Shown here piece after piece: positions 18,892 through 27,878 of a stretch of DNA of 64,000 nt; position 1 is the first letter of the stretch, and each line of letters begins with the position of its first letter. The stretch spans positions 1 to 64,000 of the forward strand of contig JBDLRP010000024.1 in the NCBI GenBank assembly GCA_039799905.1. The letters are read 5' to 3'. Under the pieces are notes generated by a model, which saw only the letters and a list, made by a program, of their open reading frames with translations, did no database searches and was not told the origin of the DNA. A program made the translations under genes and the position numbers. Source of the stretch: Pseudomonadota bacterium. GTDB lineage: Bacteria; Bdellovibrionota_B; Oligoflexia; Silvanigrellales; Silvanigrellaceae.

Positions 18892-21202
18892 CTCCGTCGA
18901 GAGCTTCCAGTCGTTCATGAATGTCGCGCAGTTGCGAGATGCTGCTCACGTGCACACGCAGTGTGATGATTCCGCGTTTTTCCGGAGTCGTCTGCACATC
19001 GGCGCCGGTGATGTTGATTTGTGTCGATGAAATCAACTTGGTGATGTTTGCGAGCATGCCTTGCTTGTCGTGGGCGGTAATTTTCAGGCGCACATTGTGC
19101 TCTGCGTTGCCTGATTGATTCCAGCGGCACTCCACTTGTCGCGCAGGGTCATTGGACAATGCCCAAGGGCAGCTGGCCGAATGAACGGTGACACCTCTGC
19201 CGCGCGAAACGAATCCGGTGATGGGTTGCCCCGGCAGGGGTTCGCAGCATTTTGCGAGTCTGACAACCAGATCTTGCATGCCCTGAACGATCACCGAATC
19301 TTCGGCTTTGCGCCCTGCGCGGTTTTTGAAGCGGCGCGTCGGTTGATTGTCCTGTTCAAAAGCTTCGGCCGCGTTGCTGTTGATAAGGCTTTCGATCTGC
19401 AGGAGCTGCTGGGCCTGTTGTTGCTGTTGTAACTCAGGAACGAGTGCAGCAGGCAGCTGCGAAATTATTTTTCCAAGTGACTGCGCTGCATCAACTTTTC
19501 CGTAGCCAATTTGTAGGACATAGTCGTCAAGACTGCCAACCGGTAGCACGCGGTTGAGGTCGGCAAAGACTCCTGTCTTGGTGGCTCTTTCGTAGGTCAG
19601 GTTGTGTTTCTCGAGTGCAGTTTCGAGCATTTCCAATCCGGCACGTTTTGCTTCTTCGCGCTCCTCGCTGCGTAAATAGCCGCGGATTTTATTGCGTGCT
19701 TTACTCGTCGTACAATAGGAAAGCCAGTCTTTTGTGGCACGGATTTTGTTGCCCGACAAGATTTCCACGACGTCCCCGCTGCGCAGTGGAGTGCGCAACG
19801 GGCTCATCCGGCCGTTGACTTTGGCTCCTGTCGTGCGCAGACCCAAATCCGAGTGAACGCCAAATGCAAAGTCGAGGCAGGTCGAGTTGCGCCGCAGTTC
19901 AAAGACATCGCCCTTTGGCGAAAACACGTAAACCTCGTCATCAAACAGGTCGACCTTGACGGCTTCAAGAAACTCGTTGGGGTCTGAGAGTTCCTTTTGG
20001 TGTCGGACGATTTGTTTGAGCCAGTTGAATTTTTCCAAATCCGACTGGCTCATCGGTTCGTCACCCGAACGAGCCTGATCGCGGGAGCTGCGTTTTTCCT
20101 TGTAGGCCCAGTGCGCGGCAATTCCGTTCTCGGCGATGTAGTGCATTTCAGCCGTGCGGATTTGCACTTCAAGCAACTCGCCGCGCGCGGCGACTATGGT
20201 TGTGTGCAAACTTTGGTAGAGGTTTGCCTTGGGCATTGCGATATAGTCTTTGAAACGACCGGGGACGGGCTTGTAGGTGCTGTGGACGACACCAAGAGCC
20301 TCGTAACATTCGCTGACATTGCTGACTATCACGCGCAGCGCGAAGAGGTCGTAGATATCTTCGAATTCCATCTGCTTTTCAGACATTTTTTTGTAGATGG
20401 AATGAAAATGTTTCGCACGGCCTTCTACTTTGGCCTTGATGTTGTGCTCACGCAACTCGGCTTCAAGATGCTCGCGTGCTGCGTTGATGACCTTTTCGCG
20501 CTCGTCTCGTTTTTGCGCTACGCGTGCGACGAGGTTCGAATAAACCGAAGGCTTGAGTTCCTTGAGACACAAATCTTCAAGCTCTGCCTTGATTTTGTAA
20601 ATCCCCAAACGACCGGCGAGCTGGGCATAAATCTCGCTGGTCTCTTCGGCAATGCGCTGGCGCTTTTCTGTGGGCAGCGCTTTGAGTGTACGCATGTTGT
20701 GCAGGCGATCGGCGAGTTTGACGACGATGACCCTGATGTCGCGTGACATGGCGACGATCATTTTTCTAAAGTTTTCGGCAAGCTTCTCCTGCGAAGAGCG
20801 GAACTCAACTTTTGCCAGTTTGGTGAGGCCATCGACAATCGCAGCAACATTGTTGCCGAATTGTTTCTCAACCTCTTCGACGCTCACTTGCGTGTCTTCG
20901 ACAACGTCATGCAGAATGGCGGCCACGAGCGAGGTTTCGTCCATGCGGAACTCGGAGAGAATTTCTGCGACGGCAATCGGGTGAACAATGTACGGCTCGC
21001 CGCTCTTTCGCAGCTGGCCTGAGTGGAGCGAGTGAGCAAACTGATAAGCTTTGCGCAAACGTGCCACTGAGCTGCTGTCCAGATAGCCGGCGGTTTGTGC
21101 AGCGAGGCGCGCGAACGCCAGTTCAGCCGGGTCGTCGGCCGGAATGCTGGTCTGCGCGGGTTGAACTGGCACTGCCGTCGGATTGTTGGGGTCGTGACTC
21201 AC
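18863..21202 (-). CDS. rel: Bifunctional (p)ppGpp synthetase/hydrolase
   Basis: RKSGEPYIVHP, intact HDVVEDT, KLADRLHNMRT, RFKDYIA, YQSLHTT, TGS domain, CCEPLPG, C-terminal ACT. Confidence 0.95.
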   Translation of the reverse strand: MSHDPNNPTAVPVQPAQTSIPADDPAELAFARLAAQTAGYLDSSSVARLRKAYQFAHSLHSGQLRKSGEPYIVHPIAVAEILSEFRMDETSLVAAILHDVVEDTQVSVEEVEKQFGNNVAAIVDGLTKLAKVEFRSSQEKLAENFRKMIVAMSRDIRVIVVKLADRLHNMRTLKALPTEKRQRIAEETSEIYAQLAGRLGIYKIKAELEDLCLKELKPSVYSNLVARVAQKRDEREKVINAAREHLEAELREHNIKAKVEGRAKHFHSIYKKMSEKQMEFEDIYDLFALRVIVSNVSECYEALGVVHSTYKPVPGRFKDYIAMPKANLYQSLHTTIVAARGELLEVQIRTAEMHYIAENGIAAHWAYKEKRSSRDQARSGDEPMSQSDLEKFNWLKQIVRHQKELSDPNEFLEAVKVDLFDDEVYVFSPKGDVFELRRNSTCLDFAFGVHSDLGLRTTGAKVNGRMSPLRTPLRSGDVVEILSGNKIRATKDWLSYCTTSKARNKIRGYLRSEEREEAKRAGLEMLETALEKHNLTYERATKTGVFADLNRVLPVGSLDDYVLQIGYGKVDAAQSLGKIISQLPAALVPELQQQQQAQQLLQIESLINSNAAEAFEQDNQPTRRFKNRAGRKAEDSVIVQGMQDLVVRLAKCCEPLPGQPITGFVSRGRGVTVHSASCPWALSNDPARQVECRWNQSGNAEHNVRLKITAHDKQGMLANITKLISSTQINITGADVQTTPEKRGIITLRVHVSSISQLRDIHERLEALDGVIHVERLTG

Positions 21203-21308
21203 TGCGGAAGTCTCCTTCGCCAGAGGTTCTACTCCGAGACGAAAAGCTGGTAAATTATCTTCATTGTCATTTTAACGCATCCGGACATTCAAACGATGGG
21301 TCATCTCC

Positions 21309-21818
21309 ATGGAATTGACTAATCTCATCTGGCATTTGGGCGCGGCGTTGGCGGCTTTCTGGGCAGCTATTGCCTACCGCGCTCTGAACGCGCGGCACAT
21401 AGAGCTCCGCCGCTCGGTTCTTGTGTCCCTGTTACCTTTAAGGCAGCAGGGCACCTCAGATTCTTTGCCGGCTCCAGTGTTGCAAAGACGTTCGCTTCGC
21501 TTGCGGACGCTGCGTTGGGTTGCCGAGGAACTCCGCGTCAATTACGGTTTTGAGGTCGTGGTCGATGCATCGCAGGAGCTTTTGGAACTGGACCAGCCGA
21601 TTTGGAGCGCGGCTGTCGGCGAGCTGCTTTTTTTGGCAGAGGCCGGTGCGGGCATGCGTGTCCTTTCTCCGGTGCTGAACGACTCGGGGGAAACTATCAA
21701 TGCTCAAAAACTGCCACAGTTATTGGCAGAGCTGCGTGTGAGCGGTAAAAAGGTCGTCATCAAATGGAATTCCAGCGGGTTTTCAGGAGCCGGAGGGTGG
21801 CAATGGAGCGGAGTTTGA
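21309..21818 (+). CDS. Hypothetical membrane-anchored protein
   Basis: N-terminal hydrophobic helix; divergent from rel; overlaps the next gene. Confidence 0.5.
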   Translation: MELTNLIWHLGAALAAFWAAIAYRALNARHIELRRSVLVSLLPLRQQGTSDSLPAPVLQRRSLRLRTLRWVAEELRVNYGFEVVVDASQELLELDQPIWSAAVGELLFLAEAGAGMRVLSPVLNDSGETINAQKLPQLLAELRVSGKKVVIKWNSSGFSGAGGWQWSGV

Positions 21819-22717
21819 GAGGCGTTGGTTGTGCACTGGCTGCGGCTTTTTTTATTTCCAGACCTGCAGCGGCGACAGAGCGCAAGGGTGAACCGCTCTA
21901 TGTGAGTTATTGTGCGGCGGGAAAGGGACAAATCAAGCCCGATGAATTGCAGGCTTTGCTGAGCGAAAGCTCACTGGCGGATTTGCAGGTCAGGCGCGGT
22001 TTGATTTCTGTGATGCAAAAGCAGGACAACCGCTGCCGCAAGTCGCTGGAAAATTGGCTTGTCGAAATGCGCAGCCAGACTTTGGAACACCGTACTAAAA
22101 CAGGGCGGCTGGCGGCCATCACTCTGGGCGTTTTGCTGGATATGCCCGCTGCCAAGCAGCTGGTTGAAGCGGAGGCTGCCTCGGGTGCCGGATTGGAGTG
22201 GCTTGCGACACTGCAGCAGTGGGATGAGCGCGCCTACAGTGATCTTCTTCGCAAGTGGGTCATTCGCAGTGGAGAACAAATCCGCCGTTCGCGCGGGCTT
22301 GGACAGCTGCCTGCGGAGGTTTACGGGCGCAATCAAATTCAAGAAATGACCCAGACAACCGCCCTGCAGCCTCTTCCGCCGATCGTCTTTGATTTGTTTT
22401 TGAAATCACTCGGCCTGCGCAATGCGGACGCCGACGAAATATCCGCATTGAACGCAATCTTTGTAAACTTCAATGCCGGCGCACGCAATTTATATGCAAA
22501 TGCATACGTTCCCGTGCTGCGGCGCAATGCTGTCACGTGGGTTTCGGCGTTTCGCAGCGAGAGTGCCTGGACACAATTTCAACTGCTTGAATTGATGGGA
22601 CGCACCGGTGGTGCAGAAATGGTCCGCGAGTTGATGTGGCTCAGTCAGAATCACACCGACTCACGGATGAAGAGCCGAGCGTCGCAGGTTTTAGACGAAT
22701 CGCTCAAGATGCATTGA
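21803..22717 (+). CDS. Hypothetical exported alpha-helical (HEAT-like) protein
   Basis: GGAGGG RBS, signal-like N-terminus, helical C-terminus. Confidence 0.55.
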   Translation: MERSLRGVGCALAAAFFISRPAAATERKGEPLYVSYCAAGKGQIKPDELQALLSESSLADLQVRRGLISVMQKQDNRCRKSLENWLVEMRSQTLEHRTKTGRLAAITLGVLLDMPAAKQLVEAEAASGAGLEWLATLQQWDERAYSDLLRKWVIRSGEQIRRSRGLGQLPAEVYGRNQIQEMTQTTALQPLPPIVFDLFLKSLGLRNADADEISALNAIFVNFNAGARNLYANAYVPVLRRNAVTWVSAFRSESAWTQFQLLELMGRTGGAEMVRELMWLSQNHTDSRMKSRASQVLDESLKMH

Positions 22718-22736
22718 GCGAAGAACACCGTTCAGT

Positions 22737-23447
22737 TCACGGTGCCTCGATGTTTGCCTTCAGTTCGCCCTTGGCGTTGCTGCAAGTTTCGCTGGCTGCA
22801 TCGGCCCCGCGCGCGACGCAGCTGACGATGACTTTTTTCTGTAGATCGTGAATGGCCTTTACGCGGTCCTTTTGTTCCTGAGTCAGGCTGTCGAATGCGG
22901 GCAGAACTGCTTTGAGTTGTTCAGTGTACTTGGCCTGAATTTCTTTTGCCTTTGCTACGAACTCTTCGCGCGATGGAGTGACGGCACGCAGTGCTTGCAA
23001 ATCGGTTGCCATCGCTTTGAGAATTGGTTCAACTTTGCTTCTGTCGATGCCAAGGACTGAATCTTTTTTCGCGTCAGCCGCCTTCATCAGTTCTGCGATT
23101 TCTGCAGGAAGCGGCTCGTGTCCCATTTTATGCTCACCGCCTCCGCGGGGTCCTTTGTGAAGACCGGGACGGCCACGTGGATGAGGTCCGCGCTTGTGGT
23201 CTGATTCGTCCTCTCCTTTTGAAAAGCCGGCGCGGTATGGTTTGAATTCATCATTGTTCATTCCGCTTGCTGCAGCAAAGCTTGCGTCCATGAGATTTTG
23301 ATTTGTTTCCTCATCAGAGCTCACTTCGCTCTGTGCTGTTCTGTCATTGTCTGCAAGCAGATCAACCGCTGTTCCGCAGGCTGTTACCGACAATGCAACG
23401 ATGGTCAGCACCGAGAATTTGCTGAGAGAACGAGTTGAAAGCTTCAT
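22737..23447 (-). CDS. Hypothetical lipoprotein (His/Gly/Pro-rich linker, helical domain)
   Basis: Lipobox VTA-C; HKRGPHPRGRPGLHKGPRGGGEH; GGGGG RBS. Confidence 0.7.
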   Translation of the reverse strand: MKLSTRSLSKFSVLTIVALSVTACGTAVDLLADNDRTAQSEVSSDEETNQNLMDASFAAASGMNNDEFKPYRAGFSKGEDESDHKRGPHPRGRPGLHKGPRGGGEHKMGHEPLPAEIAELMKAADAKKDSVLGIDRSKVEPILKAMATDLQALRAVTPSREEFVAKAKEIQAKYTEQLKAVLPAFDSLTQEQKDRVKAIHDLQKKVIVSCVARGADAASETCSNAKGELKANIEAP

Positions 23448-23631
23448 AAGTCACCCCCTGAGCTATGTATCGGACCGGACACTTTCCGAGCCTCACAATC
23501 CTCTTATCGGCAAATAATTCTGTCTCTCAAGTTATTTTTTTTATATCTGAAATTATTGAATAAATTTTGAGACAGAAGCTGAATTATGGAGGTTATTTTG
23601 TCTCATCAGCGGGGGTGGAGGTACACTCTGC

Positions 23632-24642
23632 TCATGACTCTCTGAAAAGGTGCTCAGCTGCCCATTGCGCATAATAGGTCACAATCAAATCAGCTCCTGC
23701 GCGTTTCATGGATGTGAGGGTTTCGAGTACGGCAGGTTTTTCGTCGAGCCAGTCACGTTCAACAGCAGCCTTGAGCATCGCGTACTCACCACTGACGTGA
23801 TACATCACCAGCGGTTTTTGTGTCCGTTCGCGCAGTCTGCAGAGAATATCAAGGTAACAAAGCCCCGGCTTGACCATAATGAGATCCGCGCCCTCGGCTT
23901 CGTCATATTCAGCCTCGAGCAGAGCCTCGCGCACGTTTGTGTAATTCAGCTGGTAGGTTTTCTTATCCAGACCGCGTGCGCCCGAGCCGACAGCTTCGCG
24001 GAATGGTCCGTAAAATGCTGATGCGTACTTCGCGCTGTAGGCTAAAATTCCAACCTGTGAAAATTGCTGTGCGTCGAGTGCCTTGCGGATGGCTCCGACG
24101 CGCCCGTCCATCATGTCGCTCGGCGCAACAAAATGCACGCCGGCCTTGGCCAGCGAAAGAGACATCTTGACGAGCGCGGAAACCGTTTCGTCATTGAGAA
24201 TGTTGCCATCCGCTCCGAGAATTCCGTCATGCCCGTGCGAGGTGAACGGGTCGAGTGCGACATCCGCCATCACCAGCAGTTCAGGTGCAGTCTGGCGCAC
24301 TAAAGCAACTGCCTTTTGAATAAGCCCGTTCGGATTGTACGCTTCTTCGCCCTCGTTGGTTTTTTTTGCCGGAGCGACAACCGGAAAAAGCAGAACAGAC
24401 TTCAGTCCGAGGGTTTTGATACGGAGAACTTCTGCGGCCAATTCGCTCAGCGGAATGCGCTCAACCCCGGGCAGACTGCTGATGGGTGTGCGCTTGTCGT
24501 TGATTTCTGTGACGAAGATCGGACAAATGAGGTCTGCTTTGCTGACCCTGTTCTCGGCGACCATCTCGCGCAGGGCGCTGTTTTGTCGCAGGCGGCGCAG
24601 GCGCTGGTGCGGATGTCCAATCGAGTTCGTTTCGTTGCTCAT
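23632..24642 (-). CDS. hemB: Porphobilinogen synthase (ALA dehydratase)
   Basis: RLRRLR, DVALDPFTSHGHDG, APSDMMDGR, YSAKYASAFYGPFR, MVKPG, VSGEYAM. Confidence 0.97.
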   Translation of the reverse strand: MSNETNSIGHPHQRLRRLRQNSALREMVAENRVSKADLICPIFVTEINDKRTPISSLPGVERIPLSELAAEVLRIKTLGLKSVLLFPVVAPAKKTNEGEEAYNPNGLIQKAVALVRQTAPELLVMADVALDPFTSHGHDGILGADGNILNDETVSALVKMSLSLAKAGVHFVAPSDMMDGRVGAIRKALDAQQFSQVGILAYSAKYASAFYGPFREAVGSGARGLDKKTYQLNYTNVREALLEAEYDEAEGADLIMVKPGLCYLDILCRLRERTQKPLVMYHVSGEYAMLKAAVERDWLDEKPAVLETLTSMKRAGADLIVTYYAQWAAEHLFRES

Positions 24643-24700
24643 GCGTATTTCTCCGAAGAATGAACCGGTGTTTGCTTGTTCGCTTTATTCAATAAAAGAA

Positions 24701-25519
24701 TTACAACTGACGCAACTGTCCGCCGTCTGCAATGATGGTCTGGCCGGTCAGCGATCTGCTGGCGCTCGAAAAAAGGAACACGCACAACTCGGCAATTTCT
24801 GCCGGCTCGAGAAGTCTGTTGAGCGGAGAGAGTGCCGCCCACTGTTGTTCGACTTTCAGCAGTGTCTCGGCGGTCACGGCGCCGAATTGCTGTTGCGCAG
24901 TATAGGCCTGCAGCTCACCGAGTTTGTCGGTGCGTACATATCCGGGCGCAAGCGTGTTGACGCGCACTCCCCTGCGTCCGCCTTCCTCGGCAAACGCCTT
25001 CATTAGCGCCATGAGAGCACTGCGGTAGGCTCCCGAGAGCGGCAGACTTGGATTGAGTTCGCGGACAGTCGTGCTGGAGATGGCCACAAGGCTGCCTTTG
25101 CCTTCCTCAAGATGAGGAAACAATGCCTGAGTCAACAGGGCAGGGCCACGCAGCAAAAGGGCATGGGCAAGGTCATAGTCTGCGGCTTTAAACTGCAGCA
25201 GCTGACCGCCGTGTGGTCCGCCACCGTTAATCAGCACGCCGCGGAATGTTACGTTAGTCACTTGACGCGAGACGTTTTCAAGGAGATTTGGATCGGTGAG
25301 GTCCAGTGCCACTGGAACGACGTTTTTTGCACCAGACAAGCGCAGTTGTTGCGCGGTTGCTTGCAGTGACTGGGGGTTCCGAGCCATGATCCACAACGAT
25401 GCACCGCGAAGGGCGAGTTGCTGCGCAATCTCGAATCCCATTCCCGAGGTGCCTCCGGTGATCCAGAAATTGCAGTTGTCAAATTCCGGACCCGTGGGCG
25501 GCTGGAATGGCTGTGGCAT
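24701..25519 (-). CDS. SDR family oxidoreductase
   Basis: ITGGTSGMG, NGGGP, GVRVNTLAPG, LTGQTIIADGG; atypical catalytic site (SGAYR). Confidence 0.85.
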   Translation of the reverse strand: MPQPFQPPTGPEFDNCNFWITGGTSGMGFEIAQQLALRGASLWIMARNPQSLQATAQQLRLSGAKNVVPVALDLTDPNLLENVSRQVTNVTFRGVLINGGGPHGGQLLQFKAADYDLAHALLLRGPALLTQALFPHLEEGKGSLVAISSTTVRELNPSLPLSGAYRSALMALMKAFAEEGGRRGVRVNTLAPGYVRTDKLGELQAYTAQQQFGAVTAETLLKVEQQWAALSPLNRLLEPAEIAELCVFLFSSASRSLTGQTIIADGGQLRQL

Positions 25520-25644
25520 TGGCTGGCTCCTTCCGACAGAATGCTAAGGTACCAAGTTCTTGGATTCAGTGTCTCGGCAAACAGCCTGTCCTGCAAGTGA
25601 GGGGCAGCGCATTGCGGGGAAAAGTTTAGAAGAGGTTGAACCAC

Positions 25645-26253
25645 ATGCCATTAGTCCCAATAGTCGTTGAGCAGACCAACCGTGGTGAGCGCAGTTATGA
25701 TATCTGGTCCAGACTTTTAAAGGACCGGATCGTGTTCCTCGGCACACCCGTTTACGACGAAGTGGCGAATCTGATTGTAGCTCAGTTGCTGTTTCTCGAA
25801 TCTCAGGATCCGGAGAAAGACATCAACTTCTACATCAACAGTCCGGGTGGCAGTGTGACGGCAGGTCTCGCCATTTACGACGCCATGCAGGTGATTCGCC
25901 CGCAGGTCAGAACCTACTGCATCGGCCAGTGTGCAAGTGCGGCCGCTTTGTTGTTGGCGGCTGGAGCAAAAGGCAAGCGCTACGCGCTGCCCAACAGCCG
26001 AGTGATGATTCACCAGCCGTCCGGCGGTGCCGGCGGACAGGCTTCGGATATTGCCATCCAGGCGCGTGAAATTTTGTCGCTGAAAAAACGTCTCAATGAA
26101 ATCTTGGCGCTGCATACCGGCAAATCTGTTAAGGAAATTGAGGCCGATGCGGAGCGTGACTTCTTCATGGGTGCGAAGGAGGCTAAGGATTATGGAATTG
26201 TGGACGATTTATTGATGCCGCGTTCGGACCGGCCAGCTTACACTGGCTTGTGA
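25645..26253 (+). CDS. clpP: ATP-dependent Clp protease proteolytic subunit
   Basis: [37 protein letters not shown]. Confidence 0.97.
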   Translation: MPLVPIVVEQTNRGERSYDIWSRLLKDRIVFLGTPVYDEVANLIVAQLLFLESQDPEKDINFYINSPGGSVTAGLAIYDAMQVIRPQVRTYCIGQCASAAALLLAAGAKGKRYALPNSRVMIHQPSGGAGGQASDIAIQAREILSLKKRLNEILALHTGKSVKEIEADAERDFFMGAKEAKDYGIVDDLLMPRSDRPAYTGL

Positions 26254-26325
26254 AGGATTTCGGCAGGTTAACTTGGGACTGAGTTTTTTGTTTTTTGGCT
26301 CGCAGACGGATGAGGGTGCAACCCT

Positions 26326-27717
26326 ATGACAACTCACGGAATTGACTTCTCGGCAAGCCGCGGCAACGGCGGCAACCTCCATGGACTCCATTGCAGCTTT
26401 TGCGGCAAGAGCCAGCGCGAGGTGAAAAAACTTATTGCCGGTCCCAATGTATATATCTGCGATGAGTGTATTGCGCTGTGCAACGACATCATTGCCGAAG
26501 AGATGGAAAAAGATGATGTCGTCGGAGCAGTTGAAGGCGTCCCTAGTCCGTCTGAAATCAAGAAAGTTCTCGACGAATACGTGATCGGGCAGGAACGTGC
26601 GAAGCGGGTTCTGTCGGTTGCTGTTCATAACCATTATAAACGTATTGAGCATTCAAACGCCCAGTCCAAGGAAGAAGTCGAGCTCGCGAAGAGCAACATT
26701 CTTCTCATCGGTCCGACAGGTTCGGGTAAGACTTTGCTGGCGCAGAGTATGGCCCGCATCCTACAAGTGCCGTTCACGATCGCTGATGCGACCAACCTCA
26801 CCGAGGCAGGTTATGTAGGTGAGGATGTGGAAAACATCATTCTCAACCTTCTGCAGGCTGCTGACTTTGATGTCGAGCAGGCACAAAAGGGAATCGCCTA
26901 CATCGACGAAATCGACAAGATTGCGCGCAAAGGCGAGAACACCTCAATCACACGCGACGTGTCGGGCGAGGGTGTGCAGCAGGCGCTGCTCAAGTTGCTG
27001 GAAGGAACTGTTTCCAACGTTCCACCGCGCGGCGGCCGCAAGCATCCGCAGCAGGAATTCCTGCAGGTGGATACAACGAACATCCTGTTCATTTGCGGCG
27101 GTGCATTCGCCGGACTCGAGGAAATTATCCGTGCACGCATGGATTCCAACTCGATGGGTTTCGGTGCAGACGTCAAGAGCCGTGCAAAACTGAACGTCAC
27201 TGAGCTTTTTGCAAAAGTGCGTGTTGAGGATCTCCTGAAATTCGGGATGATTCCCGAGTTCATGGGTCGTTTGCCGGTCGTTGTGACGCTTGCAGAACTC
27301 GACGATGTGGCGCTGGTGAAGATTCTCTCGGAACCGAAGAATGCAATCGTCAAGCAGTACCAGCGTTTGTTCGCCTACGAGCGGGTCAATCTGGTGTTTG
27401 AACCGGAAGCTCTTTCGGCTGTTGCGCACGAAGCGCTCAAGCGAAAAACCGGTGCGCGCGGACTTCGTGCGATCCTCGAAGACGTCATGCTAGACACAAT
27501 GTTCGAGCTTCCGAGCATGAAGAATGTGAAGGATGTGATCGTCTCTGCAGAATGCATCACCGATTACAAGGCGCCACAGTACCTTTACTTCACCGAAGAC
27601 GAGATTGCGGCCCGCAACGAACGGCTTGCAGCGAAGGCGTCGGCCGGGACACCGGCTCAGACTGCAACAGCTCCGAGCAAAACCACGGCTGCAAAATCGA
27701 CCGGTTCAAAAAAATAA
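26326..27717 (+). CDS. clpX: Clp protease ATP-binding subunit ClpX
   Basis: [15 protein letters not shown] zinc finger, [13 protein letters not shown]. Confidence 0.97.
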   Translation: MTTHGIDFSASRGNGGNLHGLHCSFCGKSQREVKKLIAGPNVYICDECIALCNDIIAEEMEKDDVVGAVEGVPSPSEIKKVLDEYVIGQERAKRVLSVAVHNHYKRIEHSNAQSKEEVELAKSNILLIGPTGSGKTLLAQSMARILQVPFTIADATNLTEAGYVGEDVENIILNLLQAADFDVEQAQKGIAYIDEIDKIARKGENTSITRDVSGEGVQQALLKLLEGTVSNVPPRGGRKHPQQEFLQVDTTNILFICGGAFAGLEEIIRARMDSNSMGFGADVKSRAKLNVTELFAKVRVEDLLKFGMIPEFMGRLPVVVTLAELDDVALVKILSEPKNAIVKQYQRLFAYERVNLVFEPEALSAVAHEALKRKTGARGLRAILEDVMLDTMFELPSMKNVKDVIVSAECITDYKAPQYLYFTEDEIAARNERLAAKASAGTPAQTATAPSKTTAAKSTGSKK

Positions 27718-27738
27718 CAGTACTCTGATTATTGATTG

Positions 27739-27778
27739 AGCATCCCGCGTGCAAAATGCACTCGGGATGCTTTTTTTT
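27739..27778 (+). terminator. Rho-independent terminator after clpX
   Basis: AGCATCCCG-c-GTGCA-aaa-TGCAC-t-CGGGATGCT followed by a T run. Confidence 0.85.
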
Positions 27779-27878
27779 CCCTACACTTCGACATTTTCAC
27801 GACTCACCAGCATGCCGCCCGTTCCTTCACAATGAAATTGGAGCACGACCACCGGTCAGCGCAAGGAGATCGCACGGC

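Noticed and set aside
23518..23577. 9-bp inverted repeat TTCTGTCTC / GAGACAGAA as a MITE or small RNA
   Set aside because: Short arms around an AT-rich spacer, seen only once in the window; insufficient evidence.
25520..25644. Missing trigger factor (tig) upstream of clpP-clpX-lon
   Set aside because: Separation of tig from clpPX is common and uninformative without the rest of the genome.
27732..27878. Extended N-termini from the ORF track (lon; also pepF, oxyR, tetR, asnS and the 59096 lipoprotein)
   Set aside because: The extensions cross terminators, promoters or neighbouring genes; downstream starts have RBSs or match family N-termini.
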